Both the position numbers and the translations under genes were made by a program. Shown piece by piece: positions 41,744 to 50,486 of a DNA stretch of 64,000 nucleotides. The first letter of the stretch is position 1, and the number at the start of each line of letters is the position of its first letter. Source of the DNA: an uncultured bacterium (lineage in GTDB: Bacteria; Acidobacteriota; Thermoanaerobaculia; Multivoradales; JAHZIX01); assembly GCA_965368975.1 (NCBI GenBank), contig CBDUPA010000002.1:256001-320000 (forward strand), read 5' to 3'. The notes below the pieces were generated by a model. The model made no database searches, had not been told where the DNA came from, and was given only the letters and a program-made list of their open reading frames with translations.

Positions 41744-43696
41744 TTATTCCGGCTCACAGAAGCAGATCGAGTAGAGACCGCGCGGATCGTTCATGCGCTG
41801 CATGCGGACGAGGTCGCGGCTGAGGCGGTCGATAGGCGAGAAACCAGTGACCTGCTGCAGTTGTAGCAGCGGGTTCTGAGGTCCACCAACTTGACGCCGA
41901 GCCCAGCGTGCCAAGGGCTGCGCGACGTGCCGACCCATCGGCTCTTCGCCGGCCTCCAGCATGTCGAGCATTAGCTGTTCGCTAAACGAGAGCTCCTTTT
42001 CCATCCAGTGCAGCTTGTACTCGTCCAGCCCTGCACGCGATGACGCCGAGGCGACAGCATCTTCCAAGCTACCTAGCTGGTCGACCAGGCCGATCCGATG
42101 CGCATCAAGGCCGCTCCAGACACGGCCCTGGGCCACCCTGTCGACTTCGCCGTAGGTCATCGAGCGGGCTTCAGCCACCAGCTCCAGGAAACGACGGTAG
42201 CCGAACTCGGCCGAGTCCTGGAGGATGGAGGCCAGGTCTTCCGGCATCTGGAGGTCGGGACGGAAGGAGCCGGAAAGCGGTGTCGTCCCGATGCCGTCGG
42301 TGTGAACGCCCAGGCGCTGCAGACCCGCCTGGAAGGTCGGAACGGTGCTGAAGATGCCGATCGAGCCGGTCAACGTCGTCGGTTGCGCCCAGATCTCGTC
42401 GGCGGCAAGAGCGATCCAGTAGGCGCCCGAAGCGGCCAGCGAGCCCATCGACACGACGACCGGTTTGCCCGCCTTGCGGGTCAGCTCCAGCTCGCGGCGG
42501 ATCAACTCGGAGGCGAATGTGCTGCCGCCACCACTGTCGATACGCAGTACCAGCGCCTTGACGGTGTCGTCCTCGCGCGCCTGACGAATCAAATCGATCA
42601 TCGGTGCGCTGCCGATAGAGCCTGGAGGCTGTTCGCCATAGAGGATGTCACCACTGGCGACCAGGATCGCAACGGATGGTCCGAAGAGCGGGGGCATCGG
42701 ATCGAGTTCCCCTTGCGCCGCCAGGTAGTCCTCGTGTGTGATGCCCCGATAGCCACCCTCGTGCGCCTCACCGACCTGCGAACTCAATTCCTGGCGCACC
42801 ACATCACGGTCCACCAAGCGGTCGACCAGACCGGCAGCCAGCGCCAGACCGGCGGTATCACCGCGCGCCTCGTCGAGACGCTCAGCATAGGTTCGCACGA
42901 AAATTTCGACGTCCGCGGCCTGCAGACCGCGCGCCGCCGCGACATCCTCTTTGTAACTCTGCCACAACACACTCAGCCACTGCCGGCTCGAGTCTTCGAC
43001 TTCGGGCGACATGTCGTTGCGCAGCAGCGGCTCGACAGCGCTCTTGTAGGTGCCGACACGGAAGACGTGGTACTCGACCGACAGTGCATCCAGGGCTTCG
43101 CGATAGTAGTTGTCGAAGCGGCTGTAGCCCTCTAGAAACAACATTCCGAGCGGATGCATCAGCACCTCATCGGCCTGTGCCGCCAGGTAGTAGCGCGCCT
43201 GCGTGTACTCGTCAGCTACCGCGATGACGCGCTTTCCCTTGGCCCGGAAGTCGCGCAGCACCGCCCCCAGCTCCTGCAACTTGGTCAGCCCGGCACCACC
43301 CATGGCGTTGAGGTCGAGCACCAGCAGCTTGATTCGCTTGTCGTCGCCCGCCAACTCGACGGCGCGCACCAACTGCCGCAGTGGCGTCTGAGCGACGGAG
43401 TCGCCCGCGAGCTGAGCGAAAGCCTGATCCAGACGCTCGCCAGACACCTGGTCGACGATATCGCCACGCGGTGTCAAGACGAGCGCAACGCCATTCTCGA
43501 CGATCGGTGGACCGCTGGTCACCAGCAGGATCAGGAACAGTAGGCAGAGAAACAGAAATAGCGCGTTGAGAGCCAGCCGTCGCAGGAAGTTGACGCTGCG
43601 CCAGACAAAGCGAAAGCCGCGCCGGATCAGGCCGGGCGGGCGGGCGGGTCTGGCGGCGGATCCGGTGGCAGAGAGCGTAGAGGCTGTAGGTTCCAT
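41744..43696 (-). CDS. sppA: Signal peptide peptidase SppA, 67K type
   Basis: YYLAAQAD, FRVGTYKSAVEP, LRIDSGGGS, SMGSLAASGAYWI, TLTGSIGIF, AQGRVWSG. Confidence 0.95.
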   Translation of the reverse strand: MEPTASTLSATGSAARPARPPGLIRRGFRFVWRSVNFLRRLALNALFLFLCLLFLILLVTSGPPIVENGVALVLTPRGDIVDQVSGERLDQAFAQLAGDSVAQTPLRQLVRAVELAGDDKRIKLLVLDLNAMGGAGLTKLQELGAVLRDFRAKGKRVIAVADEYTQARYYLAAQADEVLMHPLGMLFLEGYSRFDNYYREALDALSVEYHVFRVGTYKSAVEPLLRNDMSPEVEDSSRQWLSVLWQSYKEDVAAARGLQAADVEIFVRTYAERLDEARGDTAGLALAAGLVDRLVDRDVVRQELSSQVGEAHEGGYRGITHEDYLAAQGELDPMPPLFGPSVAILVASGDILYGEQPPGSIGSAPMIDLIRQAREDDTVKALVLRIDSGGGSTFASELIRRELELTRKAGKPVVVSMGSLAASGAYWIALAADEIWAQPTTLTGSIGIFSTVPTFQAGLQRLGVHTDGIGTTPLSGSFRPDLQMPEDLASILQDSAEFGYRRFLELVAEARSMTYGEVDRVAQGRVWSGLDAHRIGLVDQLGSLEDAVASASSRAGLDEYKLHWMEKELSFSEQLMLDMLEAGEEPMGRHVAQPLARWARRQVGGPQNPLLQLQQVTGFSPIDRLSRDLVRMQRMNDPRGLYSICFCEPE

Positions 43697-43765
43697 GGCG
43701 GGGATTATCGCACGCCAAACTCATCCGATCGGCGAGCAATGTTCAGCATGCACTACCATAGCGGC

Positions 43766-44377
43766 ATGAACACGCCGTCTTCCTCTACCTCGGATCTGTC
43801 CGTGAGCACCGCGGCACCCCGGCAGGTCTCCTTCGACGACGAACCCCTGATCCTGGTCGACGCACGAGACAACGTCCAGGGGTACCGGCCGAAGGCTGAC
43901 TGCCATGTCGGCGACGGCATCCTGCATCGAGCGTTCTCGATCTTCCTCTTCGACGCCCAAGGTCGCCTGCTCATTCACCAGCGCAGTGCCGAAAAGCCCC
44001 TGTGGCCGGGCTTCTGGACCAACAGCTGCTGTAGCCACCCGCGGCGCGGCGAGACGGTGGAAGAGGCGGCACACCGGCGGCTGCGCGAGGAGCTGGGCGT
44101 CGAAGCTGAACTGACGCGACTCTATGCCTTCCAGTACCAGGCGCGCTATCTCGACATCGGTTCCGAGAACGAGCTGTGCACCGTCTTCGTCGGGCCACTG
44201 CAAGGCGAGCCCAAGGTCAATCCCACAGAGATCGAGGAGTGGCGAATGATTTCCGCCCAGGAGCTGGACGCCGCGCTGGCCGACGACCCAGAGAGCTACA
44301 CGCCCTGGTGCCGCATGGAGTGGCAGCGCCTGCGCAACGACTTCTGGCCAAGAGTCGAAGCCCTCGTCACCAGCTGA
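43766..44377 (+). CDS. idi: Isopentenyl-diphosphate delta-isomerase type 1
   Basis: LHRAFSIFLF, QRS..K..WPG.WTNSCCSHP, RRLREELG, ENELC. Confidence 0.93.
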   Translation: MNTPSSSTSDLSVSTAAPRQVSFDDEPLILVDARDNVQGYRPKADCHVGDGILHRAFSIFLFDAQGRLLIHQRSAEKPLWPGFWTNSCCSHPRRGETVEEAAHRRLREELGVEAELTRLYAFQYQARYLDIGSENELCTVFVGPLQGEPKVNPTEIEEWRMISAQELDAALADDPESYTPWCRMEWQRLRNDFWPRVEALVTS

Positions 44378-44423
44378 GATGGACCCGGCACCATGTCCAC
44401 CGGCAAAGACCGGCAGAGGCTCA

Positions 44424-45131
44424 TCAGTTGAGCATCAGGCTCTCGACTTCGGTCTCCTGACTACCCAAGTCGACGCCCATGCGCATCAGCATCAGCAGAA
44501 TCTGATGCCGCTCGCGAGCACCGGCTTCGAGCAATGCCTGTTTCTCAGCTGGCGCGAACGGCAACGCCGTGGCCAGGCCATTGACCAAGGTCTCGGCTGG
44601 TAGCTTGCGCAGTCGGTCAAGATCGAAGCTGAGCTGCTGGTCGTGGGCGAACTGCTGCAGCGCTTCGAGGAGACTGAAGGCATCGAGTTCCTCGCCAGCA
44701 TCGCTCCGGTCCTCAGCGTAGGCTCGGTAGTCGACTCGTACCCGTCGATAGAGGCGGTGCAGGGGCAGTTCCTCTTCGATGCGGAAGCGGGTCAAGCCGA
44801 CCAGCGCGATCAAGAAGCGGCCGCCCGGAATGCGCTCGCACTCTTCGATGCGGCCGGCACAGCCAACGCGATATAGACGCGGGTCGATGTGGGCCGAGTC
44901 CGGAGCAGCCTGCGCTTCGTCCACGGAAGTGGATCGAGCATCCTCGTCTTCCGGTAGGTCCAGCGGCTGCACCATGCCTATGATCGACTCGCCAGCCATG
45001 GCGTCCTCGACCATATTGCGGTAGCGGGGCTCGAAGACGTGCAGCGGCAGCCAGCTCCCCGGCAGGAGTAGAGAACCTGCAAGCGGGAAAACGGGAATCA
45101 CATCGGGCAACTGGGGCTTCGGCTCGCTCAT
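44424..45131 (-). CDS. LON peptidase substrate-binding (N-terminal) domain protein
   Basis: IPVFPL...LLPG..LPLHVFEPRY..MV, VGC.GRI, GRF.I.L.G..RF, EKQALLE. Confidence 0.88.
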   Translation of the reverse strand: MSEPKPQLPDVIPVFPLAGSLLLPGSWLPLHVFEPRYRNMVEDAMAGESIIGMVQPLDLPEDEDARSTSVDEAQAAPDSAHIDPRLYRVGCAGRIEECERIPGGRFLIALVGLTRFRIEEELPLHRLYRRVRVDYRAYAEDRSDAGEELDAFSLLEALQQFAHDQQLSFDLDRLRKLPAETLVNGLATALPFAPAEKQALLEAGARERHQILLMLMRMGVDLGSQETEVESLMLN

Positions 45132-45250
45132 CAAGATCTCCAAGGCGGCATCCAGTCTACCATCGGAGATCCACCGCCGCGCCGGCTTGCGACAGGCGCT
45201 TGGGCAAGCTGCCGTATTCACAGGCGGAGCTTCCCTGGTAGACTCTTCGA

Positions 45251-45676
45251 ATGCGAGTGAATGTACGGAATGTAGACGACGTCATTATTGTGGACCTGGC
45301 AGGACGCCTGGTGGCAGGTGTGGGCGACGAACTGCTGCGGGACGTGATCAACGAGCTGCTGTCCGAGGGCTGGAAGAAGATCCTGCTCAACCTGTCCGAG
45401 GTGTCCTACATGGACAGCGCCGGCCTCGGTGAGCTGCTCGCCAGCCATCGAACGGCACGCAATCTCGGCGCGCGTATGATCACCACCAGCCTGGCACAGC
45501 GCACGAAGCGCGTGCTCCGCCTGAGCCAAATCCTGCCTCTGATCGAGGTGCACGACACCGAACAGGAAGCTCTCGAGACCTTCCGCCTGGGGGTCGAACA
45601 CACTCCGACACGGGAGATCGACCCGTTGAACGAGGAGGATGTCGATCGAGACGACGAGACGACCCCGGCATCCTGA
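45251..45676 (+). CDS. STAS-domain anti-sigma-factor antagonist
   Basis: IIVDLAGRL, ILLNLSEVSYMDSAGLGEL (phosphorylatable Ser motif). Confidence 0.88.
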   Translation: MRVNVRNVDDVIIVDLAGRLVAGVGDELLRDVINELLSEGWKKILLNLSEVSYMDSAGLGELLASHRTARNLGARMITTSLAQRTKRVLRLSQILPLIEVHDTEQEALETFRLGVEHTPTREIDPLNEEDVDRDDETTPAS

Positions 45677-45822
45677 GGTGAACCCGTCTTCAGGCGAGTC
45701 CATCCGCTCTGGTGGATTCCACCTTGCTCACAACGGACCCGGATTCTGCACCAAGGCCTGAGAACACGGGACAAGGAGCCCACGACTAGCAGGCACGGCA
45801 CGAATCAAGTGCTCCAAGAATG

Positions 45823-45850
45823 CAAAGGGCGACCCGAGGGTCGCCCTTTG
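45823..45850. terminator. Perfect hairpin between convergent STAS and FKBP genes
   Basis: CAAAGGGCGACC-CGAG-GGTCGCCCTTTG, a 12-bp stem. Confidence 0.65.
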
Positions 45851-45916
45851 ACATTGCGCCTGGATTGCGCGGACAGAGCTGGCTGGCAGAACCAGGCAGT
45901 CCGACCTCGAGGCAGC

Positions 45917-46642
45917 TTACTCGCCGCCGCCAATCTCCAGCAGTTCGACCTCGAACACCAGGACCGCGTTGGGCGGGATTCCCGGACGGCCCTGAGGACC
46001 GTAAGCGGTGTCCGGCGGACATACCAAGCGGCTCTTGCCACCGACCTTCATGGTCTGTAGGCCTTCAGTCCAGCATGAGATCACCTGGTTCAGCGGGAAG
46101 GTCGCGGGAGTACCGCGATCGACGGAACTGTCGAAGACGCTGCCATCGCGCAGAGTACCGTGGTAGTGCACGGTCACCGTGTCGGTAGCAGTCGGAGATG
46201 CACCGGTACCCGCCGTCAGCTCGGTGATGATGACGCCGGACTCCTTCTTCTGAGCTCCCGCCGCAGCAGCCTGCTCATCCAGGAAAGCCTGTCCAGCAGC
46301 ACCTTCGGATTCCGCCGCGCGCGCCTGGCGATCCTGCGCCATCTGCTGCAACTTGGGACCATACTCGGCCAAGGCCACCTTGGCCTCGTTGCCCAGCACA
46401 CCGTCGACCAGGCCTTCCTGCACGATCTTCAGCTCCTCGGTGGTCAGGCTGAAGACGCTCAGGTTCTGGGCCATGGCTTGGCCCAACGCGTATAGGGTTT
46501 TCTGTTCCTCGGTCATAGTTCCTTCCTCGCTGCTCTGGCTACTAGCCCCGTCTTGGGCAGCGGCCGGCGCCGGGTCGGCATTGCAAGCCGGCAGCACCAT
46601 GCAGAGCGCAAGGGCGAGGAACAGGCGGACGATCGATTTCAT
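45917..46642 (-). CDS. FKBP-type peptidyl-prolyl isomerase lipoprotein (FkpA/Mip-like)
   Basis: Lipobox LPAC; YALG N-domain; VTVHYHGTL.DG.VFDSS, VI..WTEGLQ.M.VG, AYG, IPPN..LVFEVELL. Confidence 0.93.
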   Translation of the reverse strand: MKSIVRLFLALALCMVLPACNADPAPAAAQDGASSQSSEEGTMTEEQKTLYALGQAMAQNLSVFSLTTEELKIVQEGLVDGVLGNEAKVALAEYGPKLQQMAQDRQARAAESEGAAGQAFLDEQAAAAGAQKKESGVIITELTAGTGASPTATDTVTVHYHGTLRDGSVFDSSVDRGTPATFPLNQVISCWTEGLQTMKVGGKSRLVCPPDTAYGPQGRPGIPPNAVLVFEVELLEIGGGE

Positions 46643-46734
46643 AGATGACTCCTTTCTCATCGGCGCCGACCCTACCAGGGTGCGTGGAGCGTGTCGAGCC
46701 ACTTGCTCGACCCAGAATCGGCCGAGGTTTTGTG

Positions 46735-47373
46735 TCACGCTGCCTGCAGCAGGTGGTGCAGTCTCTCGCGACTCTCGGTCAGACCCGTGGGTTGAAATCC
46801 TAGGCTGCTCAGTTCCTGCTGGGCCTGCTCCACATGGCGCAGTGCGGTCTCGCCGTCGAGTCGAGCACCGGTGGCATCGAAGGTCGGGAGTTCGGCCTCC
46901 AGGGCGACGGTCAGCTCGTACGTACAGCCGTTGCTGTACTGCCAGCCTTCATTGAAGTACACGGCTCGGACACGACTACGAATGACCCGGTCCCAGAAGC
47001 CCAGGTACTCGGGCTGGCTCCACTCCGGAGCCACGAACGGTGCCGGCGTCATCACCAGTGCCTGCGGCTGCTGCCGGCGCAGCGCGGCGGCAAAGTCGTT
47101 GGCGGCCTCGGCATTCGGATCCCACAGCTGCTGCCGCCAGCCGGCCGGTCCCAGAGCCTGACGCAGCTCGTCGGACGTCGAGACCCCGTGCTCGGCGAGC
47201 AACTGGTAGTAGCGGCGGCCAGTGGTCAACTCGCTACTGACATAGAGAGCGCGCTCGCCGTTGAGCGCACAGTCCATGGCGGAGAGGATCAGCTCGACTT
47301 CTTGCGGCCAGGTACGGCTGCGGCGGATGGCCTGAATTTCGGGAAAGGGTACGGACACGTCGACTCCGAGCAC
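46735..47373 (-). CDS. Nucleoside 2-deoxyribosyltransferase-like (DUF4406-like) protein
   Basis: ALYVSSELTTG...VMTPAPF...WSQPEYLGFWD...AVYFNEGWQYSNGCTYEL..A...LP matches the YxS..TG / GW..S.G...E pattern of NDT/DUF4406 proteins; TAGTG-coupled to the upstream gene. Confidence 0.65.
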   Translation of the reverse strand: MLGVDVSVPFPEIQAIRRSRTWPQEVELILSAMDCALNGERALYVSSELTTGRRYYQLLAEHGVSTSDELRQALGPAGWRQQLWDPNAEAANDFAAALRRQQPQALVMTPAPFVAPEWSQPEYLGFWDRVIRSRVRAVYFNEGWQYSNGCTYELTVALEAELPTFDATGARLDGETALRHVEQAQQELSSLGFQPTGLTESRERLHHLLQAA

Positions 47374-49007
47374 TAGCGCTGCGTCTCCAGCTGGGGACGC
47401 AGCGTGCTCTCGAAGAGCTTCTCGTTGAAGTTGCGCAGCAGGTCGCTGAGTAACTGGTCGGCCTCGTAGATCTTGCGGCCCAGGATGTCGTCGCTATCGG
47501 TGCGCACTCCCAACACGTTCTGCCAGTCCTGGTACTGGATGACCTTAGTTTCGCCCGAACCTTGTCCCGAGGCCGCTGCCGGCGCCGGGAGGTCTGCTTC
47601 CAGCTGCGGCCAGAGTTGCTCCAGCCAGTCCTGCTGACGCAGGGAGATGTGGATGCCGGCTCGCACGTCGTGGCCGTGCGGGTTGCGCAAGCGCAGCGGA
47701 ATCGGGATCACGACGTAGGCCTCGTAATCGCTGTCGCGCGAGTCGCTGTGATAGGTGCGCGGATCGACGATGAGGGGTTTGGGTTTGCCCTCCTCTGCCA
47801 CCTTCTTCTCGGACTCGGCCGGGTCGAGGAGCTCCGGCAGCCGACGCGGCAGAACCAATCGCGATTGGAACTGCTTGCCGCTGTCGGTCTGCGGGTCGTA
47901 AGCGTCTCGCCACCACAGGGCGTGGCCGGTGTAGATGGCCAACCAAGCCATCGTGTTCTTGCCGAAGGAGTCGTCGAGGCTGCCGCTCGGCTTGGAGACG
48001 TAGTAGGTCGACTGGTGGTTACGGGCCAGGACGCTGACCGAGACGCGCACACCATAGTCACTCAGCTGGTCCAGGTTGAAGCTCTTGTCCTCGCTGAAAC
48101 GGCCACGGATCGCCTTGAAGATCTGTTTGCACACCTCGTCGACGGTGCGCAGGTTGGCTGCCTGCAGCTGCAGGATCTCCTGCGTGAAGGGCCCCGTCTT
48201 GAGCTGGTTCTTGCCCTGCAGGAAGGTGAAGAAGGTATCGAAGAAAACCGTCCAGGTGATGTTCCAGCGCCGGTGCACCAGGCGACTGCGCAGGGCCTCG
48301 TTGCTCGCCTGGGCGAAGGCGAAGAACAACAGCAGAACGACGAAGAAGAGGACGAAACAGACCAGGTAGTAGGCCTTGGCATCGATCTCTTTGCTCCCCC
48401 ACAGACTCTGCAGGAAGGTCAAGGCGACCATGCCACCGAGGCCGCTGATGGCGGCGCGACCGACGTTGTTCTGCAGGAAGTAGAAGCTGAGGTCTTTGCT
48501 TTCCTGCTCGGAGGGCCTCGGCGAGGCATCCGCGGCTTCGTCGTGCTCTTCCTTGACGAACATCGACTTCTTACTCGGCACGCGCCAGATCTGGATCACA
48601 GTCAAGAACGCGGCCAGAAAGGCGATGGAGAGGACGGCGGCGCGATCGAGCAGGGCTTTGTTGGTCGGCAAGTCCCAGAACCACTGGAGCCAGCTTCGAT
48701 CTTCGTGCATGGCACCATCTAGGGTCTCTTGCGCCTCCGCCTCGGAGCTGCCAGCCGCATCAGGTTCGGTCGCGCTCGGTTCGCTCGCATCGGGTGCAGT
48801 CGCATCCGGGGCCGCAGAGGCGTCCGCGGAGCTGGTCGACGACAGGGGCTCAGCCGGTGGCTGGGCTGTCGGGTTGGAAGCTGCCCCTGAGTCTGGCTCG
48901 GCAGTGGCTGGATTTTGTGCCCAGGCTTCAGGAGCCGGCAGTACAGGCACCAGGACAGCGAGGAACCAGCCGAGTAGTAGGACAGCCGCGGTGGGCCTAC
49001 GACGCAT
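47373..49007 (-). CDS. Uncharacterised membrane protein: signal peptide, low-complexity linker, 3-4 TM, C-terminal soluble (GAF-like) domain
   Basis: MRRRPTAAVLLLGWFLAVLV...AWA; Ala/Pro/Ser/Glu spacer; hydrophobic helices; C-terminal VRVSVSVL...YEAYVVIPIP...RAGIHISL; overlaps both neighbours. Confidence 0.7.
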   Translation of the reverse strand: MRRRPTAAVLLLGWFLAVLVPVLPAPEAWAQNPATAEPDSGAASNPTAQPPAEPLSSTSSADASAAPDATAPDASEPSATEPDAAGSSEAEAQETLDGAMHEDRSWLQWFWDLPTNKALLDRAAVLSIAFLAAFLTVIQIWRVPSKKSMFVKEEHDEAADASPRPSEQESKDLSFYFLQNNVGRAAISGLGGMVALTFLQSLWGSKEIDAKAYYLVCFVLFFVVLLLFFAFAQASNEALRSRLVHRRWNITWTVFFDTFFTFLQGKNQLKTGPFTQEILQLQAANLRTVDEVCKQIFKAIRGRFSEDKSFNLDQLSDYGVRVSVSVLARNHQSTYYVSKPSGSLDDSFGKNTMAWLAIYTGHALWWRDAYDPQTDSGKQFQSRLVLPRRLPELLDPAESEKKVAEEGKPKPLIVDPRTYHSDSRDSDYEAYVVIPIPLRLRNPHGHDVRAGIHISLRQQDWLEQLWPQLEADLPAPAAASGQGSGETKVIQYQDWQNVLGVRTDSDDILGRKIYEADQLLSDLLRNFNEKLFESTLRPQLETQR

Positions 49008-50403
49008 GTTCCACCTCTCTCTCCAAACGCGACGGGATCTGTGCCTTGCGCAGCACGTCCCCGAGGTGACTCGTGATCCCGACGTTACCCTGGACGACAA
49101 TACCGTCGCCACTACCCTGCACGCGGGCAACCAGGGCACGCAGAGCTTCCAAGCCTTCGCTGACCTGGAAGGTGTGGAAGCGTTCCGCCTCGCCGGGATA
49201 GATGACACTGCCGCTGACGTCCATGGCGCCTCGGTGTAGCTGCACAATCCACACTTGGTTTCCATCGTGCACCCATTCGAAGCGCACCGGACCGATGTAC
49301 TCTGAGATGTTGTGCAGGCACTGCAGCACGTCGGCGTAGATGCCGTCCGGCAAGGGGACGGGAGCCCGCTCGCCCGTCATGAAGCCTTCACCGATGCCGG
49401 CAACGCCTTCGATCACGGGCTCGCCAACCAGCGGCGACAGCAGCGCCCCGGACCACGCCGCCTCGACACCCTGCTGGCACAGGATCGACGCGATGGCGGT
49501 GCCGTCCGGGTCTTCCTGCTGCATCAGGCGGAAGGGGTCGATCCAGCCATGGGTCGTGGTGAAACGGCCGGGAACCTGCTCGACCGGGCAGGTGCGCAGC
49601 CACACTTCGTGGCTGCCGGTGTCACTGCCAAAGCTGAAGGGAGCCAGTCCGCGCGCAATCACCTGGGTGCGTGGCACCGGCAGTGCCAGCAGGTGTGCCA
49701 TCAGCAAGCCGAAGGCTTTGTCGCCGAGGAAGCGACTGAAGCGGTTGGGCCAGCGTGGATAGTTGCCGATCGGCGGACCGTCGGAGTGCTCGGTCTCCCA
49801 GAATACCGTGTGATCGTGACGGTAGCCGCGACGCAAGGGATGCAGGCTGAACTCGACGCGCAGGCATTCGTCGGCCGGCAGCGCCGGTACGAAACCGTAC
49901 ACCGTCTCGAACAAGGCCGGCGCCATCTTGCGGCTGATCGACACGGTGCCCGGCTTCTCGACGCAGCGCGGCGTGTCTCCGGGCGCGAACTCGACAATGG
50001 TGCCGAAGGCGACACCCGAGACGCCTCCATCGTGGATGTCGATCGTCTCGTTGATCAGCGTGTAAAGGCCGTCTGCGGCCAGCCGTCGCACCTGGGCTTC
50101 GACCTCTTCAGCGCTCCGCAAGCCGTAGAGGAACTCGCGGCTCTTGGCGTCGTGCGGCTGATAGCAGCGGACATTGACGGAACGCTCCGGCGAGTGGCGC
50201 AGCAGGTAGTCGATCGCCTCGCGCAGAGAGCCGAACGCCTGGTTGACCGGCCAGTCACGGATCCACGCGAAGCGCTGCTGTAGCCGCGGATCGAAGCTGA
50301 CGAATTGGGCCACGTTGGCGTCCCGGGCCAGCTGGTCCAGAATCGTGTCCTTGAAGTGGCCGCCCGATCGAGGCTCGGCCAGCGCGGGGGGCGTCTCGGT
50401 CAT
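48997..50403 (-). CDS. PPDK/PEP-synthase-like ATP-grasp protein with C-terminal phosphohistidine (swivel) motif
   Basis: GDKAFGL...LPVP, WLRT, ILCQQGV...SGA, IEGVAGIGEGFMTG, RFEWV.DG.QVWIVQ (ATP-grasp) and GITSHLGDVLRKAQIP (PEP-utiliser mobile-domain His motif). Confidence 0.7.
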   Translation of the reverse strand: MTETPPALAEPRSGGHFKDTILDQLARDANVAQFVSFDPRLQQRFAWIRDWPVNQAFGSLREAIDYLLRHSPERSVNVRCYQPHDAKSREFLYGLRSAEEVEAQVRRLAADGLYTLINETIDIHDGGVSGVAFGTIVEFAPGDTPRCVEKPGTVSISRKMAPALFETVYGFVPALPADECLRVEFSLHPLRRGYRHDHTVFWETEHSDGPPIGNYPRWPNRFSRFLGDKAFGLLMAHLLALPVPRTQVIARGLAPFSFGSDTGSHEVWLRTCPVEQVPGRFTTTHGWIDPFRLMQQEDPDGTAIASILCQQGVEAAWSGALLSPLVGEPVIEGVAGIGEGFMTGERAPVPLPDGIYADVLQCLHNISEYIGPVRFEWVHDGNQVWIVQLHRGAMDVSGSVIYPGEAERFHTFQVSEGLEALRALVARVQGSGDGIVVQGNVGITSHLGDVLRKAQIPSRLEREVEHAS

Positions 50404-50486
50404 TGGTAGATTCTACTCCATCCCTGCCGCACTCCTGCCGGCGGAGCACGGCAGGGACTTCTGGAGCCATGAACCTCGCGACGACG

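Noticed and set aside
45677-45916. Hairpin-rich 240-bp gap between STAS and FKBP genes as a possible ncRNA (6S/SRP/tmRNA)
   Set aside because: I could not match conserved motifs of those RNAs, and terminators between convergent genes explain the hairpins. An Rfam/Infernal scan would settle it.
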